A stretch of 59,166 bases of DNA, counting the filler, from Catajapyx aquilonaris (taxonomy: Eukaryota): NCBI GenBank assembly GCA_000934665.2. It is 2 parts of 2 records of this genome, joined end to end, with 100 filler letters (N's around TTAATTAATTAA, not from the genome) between each part and the next. Parts side by side here need not be neighbours in the genome. Positions count along the whole stretch, not along the records: positions 1 to 29,524 come from JYFJ02004775.1; 1 more part is not named here. One strand, given 5' to 3'. The number at the start of each line of letters is the position of its first letter. Positions within the stretch are counted from its first letter, which is position 1. The notes beneath the pieces were generated by a model. It saw nothing but the letters and a program-made list of their open reading frames with translations. It made no database searches and had not been told where the DNA came from. Position numbers and translations under genes: made by a program. Below are positions 1 to 14,372 of this stretch, piece after piece.

Positions 1-98
1 GAGGGCCTGAAAAAAGTCCTCGTAAGGTTTTCGGTCCTCACAAGGATAGGAAACAAGCGAAAAAAATCCTCACAAGGATAGCAATGTCTGATCACACA
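1..98 (-). mobile_element. End of a (CA)n-associated non-autonomous element, truncated by the window edge
   Basis: Reverse complement of 33695-33793 with about 1 mismatch; repeated CCTCACAAGGATAG motif; ends in CACACA. Confidence 0.8.
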
Positions 99-112
99 TA
101 ACGCACCATTAA

Positions 113-1133
113 AGGGACACTCCACTCAAAATACAAGTTGGCCTCTAAAAATCAGGCAAGGAATCCTGATTCCGAGAATGCGATCCGTTTATCTCTGAGG
201 CGAACGGTAATGACAGGGGAAGAGACGAAAGTCGAAATAAATTCGACTTCTGATCGAGCGTGGAGCCGCCCTCCTGACCAGCGGCCACAGGGGGAAGTTG
301 GGTACTCGCCACCTGGCGGCTGCCTCAGGAAGTAGGGATCGTATCCGCGCGGGTTTGAAAAAATGCAGTTCGGTGGGATATTTCTGGCTGCTGCCAATAC
401 TGTCACGGAGGTGTTACTTTCCAGACCTCGCCTTTGCTTGGCTCCTAATTGTGTACCGGTGGGCTACATCATTCTGTTGCTGCCGCATCAGATCCCCGTA
501 AAATTGGAGTTAGTCATTGAAACAGAGCCATTAGCAATCTTCTGGCCCTATCACATATTAGCTGCTATTCTCAATCGCGTAGCGGTTATTCCAAGATGGC
601 GCAGTCCAGCGCATGGTCCAGCGAATCTATTCCGTAATGGAAAAGGAGAGTACCAGTACGCGACCTGGAATGGAGGCTGCCGAGGGAGATACCACCCCCG
701 AAGTTCGAGGCTGCCCACCCCCTGCCCTAGTGCTAAGCATAAACATGTGTCGCCTTCCAGTCGTTCCCTCCCGGCCTTTATTAGTCATGGGGATCTGATG
801 CGTAAGCAACAGATGTAGCCCACCGGTACCCAAGCAAAGGCGAGGTCTGGAAAGTAACACCTCCGTGACAGTATTGGCAGCAGCCAGAAATATCCCACCG
901 AACTGCATTTTTTCAAACCCGCGCGGCTACGATCCCTACTTCCTGAAGCAGCCGCCAGGTGCCCGGGGTAGGTGTCGCCGGGGGTGGAGGGGCAGGGGGT
1001 TTGCAGCCGGCCTACTTTGCCATTTATTTATCGGATTATCGTTCGCCGTAGAAAAAAACCCATGGTATCACCGGAATCAGGATTTTTTGCCTGATTTTTA
1101 GAGGTCAACTTGTTTTTTGAGTGGAGTGTCCCT
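113..1133. mobile_element. Non-autonomous DNA transposon, Kolobok-like
   Basis: TTAA on both flanks (109-112, 1134-1137); ~60-bp imperfect TIRs AGGGACACTCCACTCAAAA...; a second internal inverted repeat at ~310-470 / ~812-961. Confidence 0.8.
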
Positions 1134-1793
1134 TTAAGGTGTGTTCCCAAGCTCGCGTTTGAATAAATCAAGGCCTCCAAATGCACACGTCTGGGCATGT
1201 GAAGGGAAATGAATACTGGAACATGTCAACTGAATAATTCTTTTGTCAGGATGAACCCTTAGAAGCTGGAACATGACGGTGCGGAAGTACGGTTCAATAT
1301 TCAGTAAAGGGACATGACAATATCAGCTGTTCGGCTGTACCTGTAATGTGTGATTTGTAAACTTATTAAATATATATTATTTTGTTTTAGGTGCAGTGGT
1401 TCACTTACGCACATGTCCTATAACGTGTGCCGGAAATAATCTGTACATATTTATAAATTTGGTTTTTGAGTTTACATTTCTGTGAAAGAGTCAAATTGAG
1501 TTTAGTAACAACAGTCATCATTTTCCAACCATAATTTATTAGCGTCATTCTAATGTTTGGAGGTAATTCGTATTGCAGTTGGGGCACACAATTTCTGGGT
1601 AATATGCTAGTGATCCAGATTTTGTGTAGAGTCGAGATGATTGGTTCCTTAGGTTTACCAATAACCTTGTCAGGTGTAATGGCATATTTAACGAAAAATA
1701 AAGTTCTTGATTGAAATTATTTTTAATCTTTGAATAGTTGCGGCAGACCATGTCTCTGACTTATTCAGCTTAGCTTGATCCAGGTTCTGATAA

Positions 1794-1865
1794 AGTGGCG
1801 TTCAGACGTGGCAACTTGGTTGCAGCCACGTTGCTGCCACCAAGTTGCCTCGTCTGAATGCCACT
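1794..1865. mobile_element. Small palindromic MITE, PIF/Harbinger-like
   Basis: AGTGGCGTTCAGACG...CGTCTGAATGCCACT with TAA on both sides. Confidence 0.7.
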
Positions 1866-2297
1866 TAATTCGACTTAATTAGAAAGTGAATAGATATTAT
1901 TTCGGTATCTCTTCAATTTTCAAATCTAGCAGGCTTATTTGGATGTTTGAGAGGACATCTGATACTTGCTTAAACCAATTTAAAGCACGCTCTTGATTTA
2001 ACATAAGGAAACCCCCAGATGTTTGACCTCTTTTATTCCTGCTCTGCCCCACCCTGTCACACTTGGCTTACTGGTCTGGTTTATGTGCCCAGGAGGCGAT
2101 CTAGAGCCTATTTTGGGAACCCTCTGTATCCCTACCTGTTAATTTTGCTGCCTTCAATCGGCCGAGCCCGTCTGGGGAGTCGCCCGTTCCGCGCAGAGGA
2201 TGAGGAACCCAGTTATATGCAAGGGATAGGGAACTCGGAGGCTCACAGTTATTAGCTCTAGCTATTAGCCACTATTACTAGTAGTCACTGTTTAGAG

Positions 2298-2536
2298 TAG
2301 TGGTTCCCCTCCTGTGGGTCGCGAATTGGTCGCGAACCATTTCCGGGGGGTCGCGCGGGGACCGCTGTAATTTTTACTTGCAATAAATATAGGATTTACC
2401 ATGGAAGTTTTTTTAAATGTTTTAATATGTCCAGACTACATTAATGTTCTACTAATACCAGGGTGGGGGGGGGGGGGGCGCAGGTCACGTTACTATCCTA
2501 AAAGGGGGTCGAGACGCTAAAAAGGTTGGCAATCTA
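2298..2536. mobile_element. Degenerate hAT (Charlie-like) MITE
   Basis: TAGTGGTTCCC start, several GGGTCGCG subterminal motifs, AAAAAGGTTGG near the end; no clear TSD. Confidence 0.45.
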
Positions 2537-3645
2537 TGTATTTTGAAAGAAATGAAGAGGACGTTGAATTAATACTGGTCACTTCATAAAGTTTTACTTA
2601 TTTTGACGTATGCTGAAGCTCATTATAGAAGCTTGAAGCTTCCTTGAACTGCACTAACCTGTCGGCTCAAATTCCTATTTCTCTTCTGTTCCAGCTTGTT
2701 GCTAGAAATATCAAGCGAATCATTTTATTAGAAGCCATTTATTTGCAGGATGATAATATTATCTTTTACGACTGGAATATCGCTTGCATATGATGAAATC
2801 AAGTTACAACCAACGTCTGCTGCCTGATTTTCTTTTCTGCCTCACACTCGGCCTCACAACAGAGTAAGTTAACTTTCCTACATATAAGGCTGGCAAAAAC
2901 AAATTCAAAATATCGTAATTTTAGGGGTACACTGCAGTAATTATGCAATGCCTTCCACCTGATATGAATTATATTAAAATCCAGGTCTCTTTCCGTGCAG
3001 CTGGTTTCATCCCACTGAACTTGCTTTCAATATCTTCGGTATAGAATGAGCTCAAGACAAAAGAGTCGGGTTTAAAAGGCCTACCCGGGCAGCAATGGTC
3101 GGGGTCATCGTACAGCACCTTTGAATCCACCCTCGCACCGCCACCTTATATCCGGGTGACCTTTTCGAACCCTTTCTCACCTTCAACCTTCAAAGCATCG
3201 ATAATCATGCAGCACGATAATGTGGCTTTAATGACACGTGAGATGTATAGGTACACGTGGCATTTGTACAAGCTGTCACATCATGACCACATGATTAGAA
3301 TAATGTAGTCTTCTGTCCAACGGTGGTCGTGCGGTACAGGGTTTGCCTACTCAGGATCCGGTCAAAGGTCATCCCAATGAGAAGCCAAAAACAATAGTTT
3401 TGAAAACCCATACAAGACGACTTCCACGGTCCTTTTCGGCACCCCTTGTATGATACACTGGTCTTTCGATGATTTGATCGTCAGGTGTGGTGTTGGCAGC
3501 CCAAAACTCGTCCACAACTTTTCAGTTCGCATGTGAAATGTATTCACCTCACAAACTGCTCGTATATTTCATAATGACTCTGTCTTGTCAAATATCTCAG
3601 TGCTCCCGAAATTAATGCAATGGTCAGTTGCCATATGTGCTGGAA

Positions 3646-3951
3646 AGTCTGAAAAAGTAGGCCAAGGAGGAAATATGAAGAAGTGATGGCATTCGTTGTC
3701 CCTGGAAATAATTCTGGACGAAAAACTGCAGGAAAACAATGGACACTGCACGGTAATTAGCGCAATTAGGGCGACAATTAACTGACAACTGTACTCTTTG
3801 TCTTGAAGCAGCCACATTAAAAAGAGCTAACGAAAGGGATTGTTTGTGTGGCTTTCTGTGTTTGCACGGGTTGTGTGATTTTTGTGATGTGGCTAATTAA
3901 TTAATATTAACAGATGGTCCTCGAGGCCCGTTTAGGAGGCTGCTCATATAA
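3646..3951 (+). pseudogene. Partial duplicate of the wolframin 5' end (5' UTR, exon 1, intron 1, start of exon 2)
   Basis: Colinear with ~6972-7298. Exon 1 copy 3686-3752 (MAFVVPGNNSGRKTAGKQWTLH) keeps its GT donor; the AG acceptor at 3912-3913 is kept; the exon 2 copy stops at TAA 3949-3951. Confidence 0.85.
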
Positions 3952-4549
3952 TTATGTAACGTGGATTTAAACAAGCCTTCCAACGATATATAACATTATT
4001 TTTTTGCATCATTTGCCTGGGAGTTGTTTCTAGTCAAACACAAGGGCATATATTAAATAAACGGATAGTACGTGTAATTGAGTCAATCACTTACTTTTGA
4101 AGTGTGACGTGGCCACAAGACAATTATTTTTGCCTTATCCATCGATTCAGTGTGGCCTTGAAGGGTTATTATTGCTCAAAGACATTGAACCTATCACTAA
4201 ATTATTGCAAAAACACCTGCTCAGGAGTTTGACACCTCGATTGATTGGGCTTTTAATGGCGCAACACCAGAGATGGTTACACTTTGCCAGAAAGAATTAT
4301 AGGTAGTACCTTTTGCAGCCAACACTCGCCAACATGACGAACAAAAAGTGAAGAGGTATCGATGCGTTTGACATCTCGACACCTGCAACTGAAGCCCTTC
4401 ATGTGAAGAATATGGATGATGTCCTGTTGCATGCAACCTGAATGTCACAGTGACAACAGCAATACGCATTAAGAATCTTGACCATTGCACACACAGGAAC
4501 TGTTCTTAGTTCAGCCCAAGTCTGCCCGGCTTCATATTTGTAATAAGCC

Positions 4550-6466
4550 ATGGCTCTTGCCGACACCAGCAGTGTCGGACGCTACATTATCTGGTCACTA
4601 ATAGTTTTGGGGTCATCCCATATTCAGCTTCAACGAAGAATCACCCGAATGGAACATGAAACAGGCGTGATTTCAACATTTCTTCGTGGACTGATGCACT
4701 ACCTGCATCCAGACTGCGTACTGGTCTTCGCCCACGATTTTGCCAGACACAACTCTCCAGAGAAGTGGCCGCTGACCCGACTCAATTCGGACTACCGGGT
4801 GGTCTTCCACATGACGGGATGGGCAGAAGGAAGTCCAGACCATCAAATGGAACTGGAGACATACTCCAGTCAGAAAGTAGGCAGATGCATGGTGCATTTG
4901 GTCACCAGTCGTGACGTCGAGTCTTTCGGCCCACTACTGACTCACATGAGACGACAGGTCAGAGTTCAGCTGGACCAAGACATCCTCCTGGTCTGGCTCA
5001 GGTCCGGTGACCTCATGGCCATTCTTCTGAGAGGACAGCTCACTGGGTTCAAGTTCAAACTTGGGTTAGAGGTCACTGCTGCCTGTGCAATCCGTCCTCT
5101 GACCGTGTGCTTCTTTTGCCATGAGGGACACCCCAGATTGGTCAACCTCCCATCCTACCACGGAGATGACACCTACTTCAACACAGGTATAGAGATCTTT
5201 CCGGACATGACCCTTGACCTGGGTGGAAGGGCAATCCGGGTCGCATTTATGAACCGAATGGACTTTGACGAGGTCAAATCGGCCTACATCAAGCCTGGCG
5301 GACACAGAGATCTTGAGAGCCATTTCCTCATCTTCTACTGGATAGCCACCAAGATGAACTTTGTCTACACAACAGACCTGATGCAACCGATTGAGCTGCT
5401 GGAGGAACGTCTGGACAACGGATCGTTTGTTGGATCTGTGGATCACTTGCTGAAGGGAAAGTGCGACGTGGCCTACATGTCCAGAAGCTCTGATGAAAGC
5501 CTAAGGTTCATTGACTTTGGGTATCCGATATACTTCGTGACAATGCGGTTCGTGACAGGGAGACCGCGAGTGACTGAATTGGCTTCGTGGGAAGGAGTGA
5601 TTCGTCCGTTCAGCTACGGCATGTGGAGCCTCATATTTGCAACACTCTTGATGTCTGCAGCGTTCCTGGCAGCGATGATGAGAGAAGACTTTAGGTCTGC
5701 CTTCATGTCATCTTTGTCTCATTGTGCCAGGTCACTCATTGAGCAGAATCCGGAGGTTTTGCCACGTAGTGACTCGTACCGTATGTTTTTTGCATTCTGG
5801 CTCTACCTGGGTATGGTGATGGGTTGCGGATACAAGGAGATGCTGTTCTCCTTTCTGACCATACCCGTGAGAGAAACACTGCCACAATCCTTCCAGGACA
5901 TACCGTCGTCTCCGTTCCAAACGGCAATACCATTTGGCCATTTCATATTTCTGAAGTCAAGCGTGGAAGACGCGAAAATCCAGCTTTTCACAGACTTGTT
6001 TGACAACAGCGAGACTCCTGCAGACGAATTCGAGTGCATGAAGCAGTGCTTGGTGAAGCGAACTGCCTGCATTTCCTTTTCCCTGATCCTGGAAATCGAG
6101 TCGGCCTCGTATGTCGATAGACACGGGAAGGACCTTCTTGTGCTGGCCCCTGCCAGAGAATTCTTCATGTATTCCGGCTCGTCATTTCGGAAGGACTCTG
6201 TCATCCGAGGGACGTACAGCCAAGTGGTCAAAGGTCTCGTGCAAGGAGGTCTGATCGACTATACCTTCAGAGTGAGCGGACACATATTTTTCCGCCGTGG
6301 TCTCGCCTCTGCCAGAAATAAGGAGGCATACACCATAAGTGACCTTGTGAAGCACGATCTGAAGTCTCTCGAGTTCGGGAATCTGCACAGTTCCTTCTTG
6401 CTTATCCCGATTGGCTGGTGCCTTGCCATTCTTGCATTCCTTGTCGAATTGTGTGCTATTGGATAA
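4550..6466 (+). CDS. Divergent ionotropic receptor (IR, iGluR-related chemoreceptor), intronless, 638 aa
   Basis: S1-like GSFVGSVDHLLKGKCDVAY and FIDFGYP; pre-M1 RPFSYGMW; M3-like RMFFAFWLYLGMVMGCGYKEMLFSFLTIP; S2 end LVQGGLID; M4 FLLIPIGWCLAILAFLVE. Confidence 0.88.
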   Translation: MALADTSSVGRYIIWSLIVLGSSHIQLQRRITRMEHETGVISTFLRGLMHYLHPDCVLVFAHDFARHNSPEKWPLTRLNSDYRVVFHMTGWAEGSPDHQMELETYSSQKVGRCMVHLVTSRDVESFGPLLTHMRRQVRVQLDQDILLVWLRSGDLMAILLRGQLTGFKFKLGLEVTAACAIRPLTVCFFCHEGHPRLVNLPSYHGDDTYFNTGIEIFPDMTLDLGGRAIRVAFMNRMDFDEVKSAYIKPGGHRDLESHFLIFYWIATKMNFVYTTDLMQPIELLEERLDNGSFVGSVDHLLKGKCDVAYMSRSSDESLRFIDFGYPIYFVTMRFVTGRPRVTELASWEGVIRPFSYGMWSLIFATLLMSAAFLAAMMREDFRSAFMSSLSHCARSLIEQNPEVLPRSDSYRMFFAFWLYLGMVMGCGYKEMLFSFLTIPVRETLPQSFQDIPSSPFQTAIPFGHFIFLKSSVEDAKIQLFTDLFDNSETPADEFECMKQCLVKRTACISFSLILEIESASYVDRHGKDLLVLAPAREFFMYSGSSFRKDSVIRGTYSQVVKGLVQGGLIDYTFRVSGHIFFRRGLASARNKEAYTISDLVKHDLKSLEFGNLHSSFLLIPIGWCLAILAFLVELCAIG

Positions 6467-6741
6467 CAGCACCCTGCAGGCAAAAGCCGTACATATCTCT
6501 GTATCACTCGCACAATCACAAATGCTTGTAATCACACTGATAATGTCAGCAATAAATCTCATACTACTGAACCTCAACATTTTTATTGATTCCTCCTTGC
6601 ACAGTACTCGCACATTGTTGAAGTAAATAATGAGCTTTTATCCTAACTGTATGGCCAACAATGCACCTCAGATGTGCGCAGGGAAGCCTGACAAACAGGA
6701 TGAATGTTGCATTGAAGCCTGATTTTACTATTATGGGTGCC

Positions 6742-6823
6742 GCCATATTGGAGCTCCATGGTCACGTGACTACAAGGTGCTCTCTGATTGGCGAATCGGG
6801 GACTACGAGTTGAAAGATGGCCG
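6742..6823 (+). promoter_or_regulatory. Probable wolframin proximal promoter motifs
   Basis: Palindromic GTCACGTGAC (6761-6770), two ATTGG (reverse CCAAT) boxes and AAGATGGC (YY1/Pho-type), ~180-260 bp before the ATG. Confidence 0.45.
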
Positions 6824-7003
6824 AAAATTTTAAATTTCAAAAATTAATTCTCGTTTACTTTTAATGAAGCTAATCTTCGCGCTGGATTTAATTGCAATAA
6901 ACCATGGGTATAAAAATGGGGGTATGACAGGCTGATGTGGTGTCATGTCTGCTGCCTGCCTCCCACGCACCAGTCTGAAAAAGGAGGCCAAGGAGGAAAA
7001 ATA

Positions 7004-9486
7004 ATGGCAGGCGTTGTCCCTGGAAATAATTCTGGACGAAAAACTGCCAGGAAGCAATGGACACTGCACGGTAATTAACCCTCATTAAGATTGACAATTA
7101 AACTGGCCAACTAACACTTTTGCTTCTTTTTATCTTGAAGCCGCCACATTAAAAAGGGCATCAGGTTAAAGCGGATGGTAAGCTAACAAAGAGGGGATTG
7201 TTGGTGTGGCTTTTGTGTGATTTGCACCCTTGTGTGTGCCGTTGCTATTAATTGTTGCGTGTTAACAGATGGTCCGCGTGGCTCGCTGAGGAGGCTGCGT
7301 GGCCAGTTGGCGGAGGACGGATGCCCCGAGTCGCAGGTGGTGCTGGCCAAGCAGCTGCTGCAGGACCAAACAGGTACGCATCATCGCGACTTGTCATATC
7401 GCCAGAACTGACTGACCATTCGGTTGCAGATTTAGACAACGAGAGCGACGAAAACGGTCGGCTGGCCATCTACTGGCTGATTAAAGCGTCGGAACAGGGC
7501 AGCCTTGAAGCGTCCGACTTGCTACGAACTTGCCTTGAAACCGGCCGAGGCGTGACGGTACAAAACCAGGTTGATATTCAAGCTTGCCTTGCGATGTCGC
7601 AACCGGAGAAAGTAGCTCGACGGGCCGCCCGGGACCTGTTTTCGTCATTGGCTGACGGTGGCGACTTCATAACGAGCGGGCAGCTGCGGGATAAGATTCG
7701 TGAGTGCAGCGGGCTGGATGGCTGTCCGGCCGTTGGCGGAATGGAGAAGATCACCGAAGCGCACTTGGTTCATTCCGCTTCAATGTACACCCACGGACAT
7801 CTCCCACCATTGCATGGGATGCTAGCTCTGGACGAACCAAGCACAGAGGAAAGTATTGTCGAACGGACCGTGTTTCATCCGTGGAAGGCGGTCAAGTCGC
7901 TTTACCGCAAATCGGTCGAGGTTTTGGCCAAACATGGAGCCAGCGTAGTCGCCATTCCGACATCACAGCTCAAAACATTAGCGCTCCTGGCCACCTACAC
8001 GTTGCTTGGTCCTGAGCGATTGCTCGTCCTTGTACCGCTAGTAGCCTAAAAAAAAAAAANGCTTGTTACGTTCAAGATCCTGTACCGCAGACGTGAGCAT
8101 GAGTCGTTCCAAATGTGGTCCGAATTGTTTCGCAAGTATGCCGAACTGGAGCCTGAAGTTGCCGAGAGTGAATTTGGGCGTCGAGATGTCAAGTCCTACA
8201 TTTGGTATGCGGTGTGCCTTGCGATACATCTAATGGCACGTACATACATTGCTGAGACCTGGATACCGCGTGAGGAGATGGCTGTCGTGTCGCTGGCCAT
8301 GGCTATTCTGGTCCTTCTGGGTTGTCGGGATATTTTCGCTCTTGCCGTTGTTGGGCTTAACATGGCCGTTAGAGCCACCGGACATAACATGGTTGCATCT
8401 CTGCCGCATATTGACATGAGCGAGTATGCGTATGTGGTCAAGTCGCACTGGTGCCACTTGGAAGTCACTCCGCAGTCCATTGCGGCCCTGCTGGTGCCAG
8501 TGGCCATACTGAAAATAGCTGGCAGACAGCCTGTCCAAGCACTCTCTTTCAGTCTCGGAATTGCCTGGTTGCAACTGGCCGGGTCTCTCCTGGAAGCGTC
8601 GGAAACCACTGGAATCATACGCGGCACCATCGCGTTGGTCTCGGTGCTTCTTGTGGTTCCAGCCATCGGTTTGCTCCTGTTGCTGCTGCCTGCCGTGGCT
8701 GTAGGTCGCTACCTGCTTGACGTTGGGATTGCCATTCAGGTGGGTGCCACTGTGGCACTGGTGTCGATCTTGGTTGGATGCACCATATGGGCTCGAAGGC
8801 GCATCCCCTCCGTGGTTATGACAACGATGCAAGTTGCGCTCGGTATTGCTGCTGTTGTTACGGTCATACCAGCGCTTGATTGGTCAATACCGCCCGAATC
8901 GCAATCTGTTACGTGGACCGAGTACCAACAACAATGCCATGAACCAGCTTGGAAGCAGTCATCAATCGCGCAAGTGCAATTAAACTGTGTGAAGTTTGCC
9001 GACACGACGGTGCAGTGGGATGCACATGTTTCCTCAGTGCGTGTCCGCAAGCGTGATAATCCCATTGAGACTATTGTTGGCCACATGCCTTACCCGCTAG
9101 ACTACTACGCTTCATGCCTGGCCAACGAGCACTGCCAGCTGTCAGGATGGGATCGAATCACTTTCGAAATCCACGTCCTCTTGAAGGAAGGGCTGTGGCA
9201 ACAAGAAGTGGCAGCCACTTTGATTGCGCCCCACGGATTCAAAGATTTTGCCCTTCGTCTGCGCACTGGCGACCACATTGAGTTCTCAGGACGCTTGGCC
9301 CCTGGGCTCACCCTCGGGGGAGGCAACCCCGAAATCAACCTGCAAGAGGCGTACTGCGTCGCTTGCAAGGACCGTCAATTACGAGGCTTCAAGACACCGA
9401 AAGTCATGGGCCTTTTCCAAGAAGTGCTTCTCGGACTCAAATCCATCGCAAACTTTGCCTTATATCCGCTCATACGACTGCAATAA
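7004..9486 (+). CDS. WFS1: Wolframin ER transmembrane protein
   Basis: Exons 7004-7070, 7269-7373 and 7430-9486, GT-AG and phase-compatible. Motifs RKQWTLHDGPRGSLRRLRGQLAEDGCPESQVVLAKQLL and AIYWLIKASEQG, multiple TM segments, TWTEYQQQC...QLNC and an OB-like C-terminus. An in-frame TAA plus A-run and N at 8047-8060 is probably a sequence artefact. Confidence 0.9.
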
Positions 9487-10037
9487 TGTTTTCCCTACAA
9501 TGGGAGGGGGTGTCCGTAAATTGTGTACGCCTTCTTACCCTCCGCCATAATTAAAAATTGTATGAATGTTGGCCTTGTTTATTGTCTGCTTTGTGAAAAG
9601 TCACACGATCTGCTTCAAATGAAAATGTACAGTGTACATCACTGCCCCCCAATTTAATGCAACTAAAAACCTAGTCAACATATTTTTTCTAATCTAACAT
9701 CGAATTGTTAATAAAGACTGATTATTTCCACTTTGCGTACCCTCAGTTTTATTCGATGGCACAGAATTTCGCTTCCTCCAAAAAAAACAACGGAGTTCTG
9801 TCACCATAGGGACCAGAAATATGACTCACTTTGCATGTAAAAAATGGGGAAAAATGAACAGTTCAAAAAGTCTGGTTTTCCATCCCGATCGCTGTATAAT
9901 GTATAAAAACTTCGGTGACTCGAAATATGATGGCAAGAATGTTTTTTTTTTGACTGGCACATTATCACACAACAGTCCCCCTTTTTCTTTTTGTCCTGAG
10001 CACAACCCCGCCGCTCCCAAAAATAATAATCGATGAT

Positions 10038-11982
10038 TCAATAGAATCTTTTCCTGGAGTTCTCTTGGTGCTTCTGGTAAAATATTATTCCAATTATGAC
10101 GCAGGCAAACACTCCCAAAATCCCAAGGATCATCAGGAAAAGAATTTTCAGTCCCGTCAGAGACGATGGCTTTGGATCCGGAATGTGATCTAGAAAGAGA
10201 CGCAATGTTTATTCGCATGTTATTGCAACATTAATTAATTAACGTTACCTCTTGGCGACTCGAAAAATGCAGCTGATGGCGATATTTGCGATCTGTCCTC
10301 CTCGTTTTCCTAGCGTCAATGAGATTACAATGAGTACACAGAGTACGTGAACATACAACCAAGATGTACCTCCTCAGTATTATCCAACTCATAGAGCTTG
10401 ACGGCAATAATGTCATGGTTGTCACTGAGGTCTCCAGTAGCGGCACTGAACCCAAAGTAGTACCCTGTAGGCAGCCTAACCCCACCAACTCGGACGCATT
10501 CCTTCCAAGAGATCTTGCTCTCCACGTCCGTAGTCACAGTGAGGATGTCCCTCTCATAGCGGATGTTCAGATGGGCATCGTAAGGAATATTGCGGAACTT
10601 GGCTTCACACCCTGCTAGCTGAGTGTGCGTCCCATCACGATCATGGTCGTACTGAAGAGTCCCGTTGTTCACCATTGCAGAGATGTACGGATGGTTATGC
10701 TGAACAGGAAAATATTGACTTGAGTGTCATTGAACACGCGGAATGGAATTAACTCACATTATGAGGCCCGTTGTGATTGCTGTAGGTGTCCATTATGATG
10801 GCCAGCCCGTTGAAGTAGTCTTTGCTGCCAAAAATAGGACCAGGAACCATCCTCTCCTTAGCGTACCAGATGGCAAACCCATCGCCATACAAATCCTTCC
10901 CTTTCCCGTGGACGTTGAAGTGAATCTGAAGCTCCCAATTGCGGACCATACAAGGCTGGAAAAATAACGCAGCTTATGGACGGATGTCAGAACAAATCGA
11001 GCTGAAGCTTAATTACTATGTATTATGAAAATGTAATTAGTGAGAGTCGCAAGGCTGATTGCGACATCCTTCAGTCATACGATATTGATCACCAATTGTG
11101 TGCACACAAATGGAGTTTCTGTTTACATTAAATCACCCCTTGCCAGCCAGCATAAATAATTCATTGCTTTTTTTCCATAGCAGACTAGGACGAGGTCAAT
11201 ACTGTGCACGAAAATAACTGAAGTACACGTCGCACAACAAGATAGGCCTATCAGCCACAAAATTCAGCAACCTCAGCATTTCGCAACTTATTTCGTGCGA
11301 CTTAAAAAATGCATTAAAAAAAACAGCACTTAATTGAACTTACAACAGTGTTCCAAAGGGCTCCAGTTTTGCTCTGTTGGTCTGGCGTAAGCCGAACGTA
11401 ATTGTTGGTCACTATTGTACTCCCCTGGAAGTCCCAGTACGGAATCGTCATTCCCGACGCTGAAAAATTAAATAATCAATCATTTAAGAGAACATAATTA
11501 TGTGTTCTATAAAAGTGGGTGGAAGGAAAATATTAATTAAAAAATTATAAAGGTCATTGCCCCCCGAATGTAACATTGGCTAATCACTACTTATTAAACT
11601 AATTAATTAAATTCTTTTTAAAAAGGCCACTAATTAAGAAGGTGTCCGGATGCACTGCCTGTTGCACAATGCGTTCCATCCGCACTCAAGTGCAACCCGT
11701 TTTTTAAAAATCTATGTAATATTCTGGGGGTGTTTCCTTCCAATATTTTCCTGCCAAGTAATATTATTTCCAGCCAATGCTTCTTCGTTGTTGTTTTTTC
11801 TTTCTTTAAAATGCCGGTTATTAATTTCAGCAATTACACGTACACTGGTATGGCTTGACGAGCGAGTGTTCCCTCTTGAGGTAGTCCTTGGTGTTCCACT
11901 GGGCCAGACAGAAGATCCAAGTGGAGCAGGACACCAGGAAGGTCAGCAGGAGCCAGCAGAACGGCCTACTACTCGCCGCCAT
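10038..11982 (-). CDS. LMAN2: L-type lectin VIP36 (LMAN2/LMAN2L family)
   Basis: Exons 11982-11844, 11459-11344, 10955-10758, 10699-10370, 10309-10249, 10189-10038. Signal peptide, YLKREHSLVKPY, GDGFAIWY, DTYSNHNGPHNH, GYYFGFSAATGDLSDNHD, TM helix, C-terminal RKRFY. Confidence 0.95.

Positions 11983-14372
<2,390 letters not shown>

Noticed and set aside
138..1101. Mirror-image ORFs with identical N-termini
   Set aside because: A by-product of the inverted repeats in the transposon; no protein family signal.
1545..1751. Penelope GIY-YIG-like remnant (KSG...EIVCPNCNTNY) on the minus strand
   Set aside because: The resemblance is short, the YIG motif is missing and no RT is nearby; not supportable without a search.
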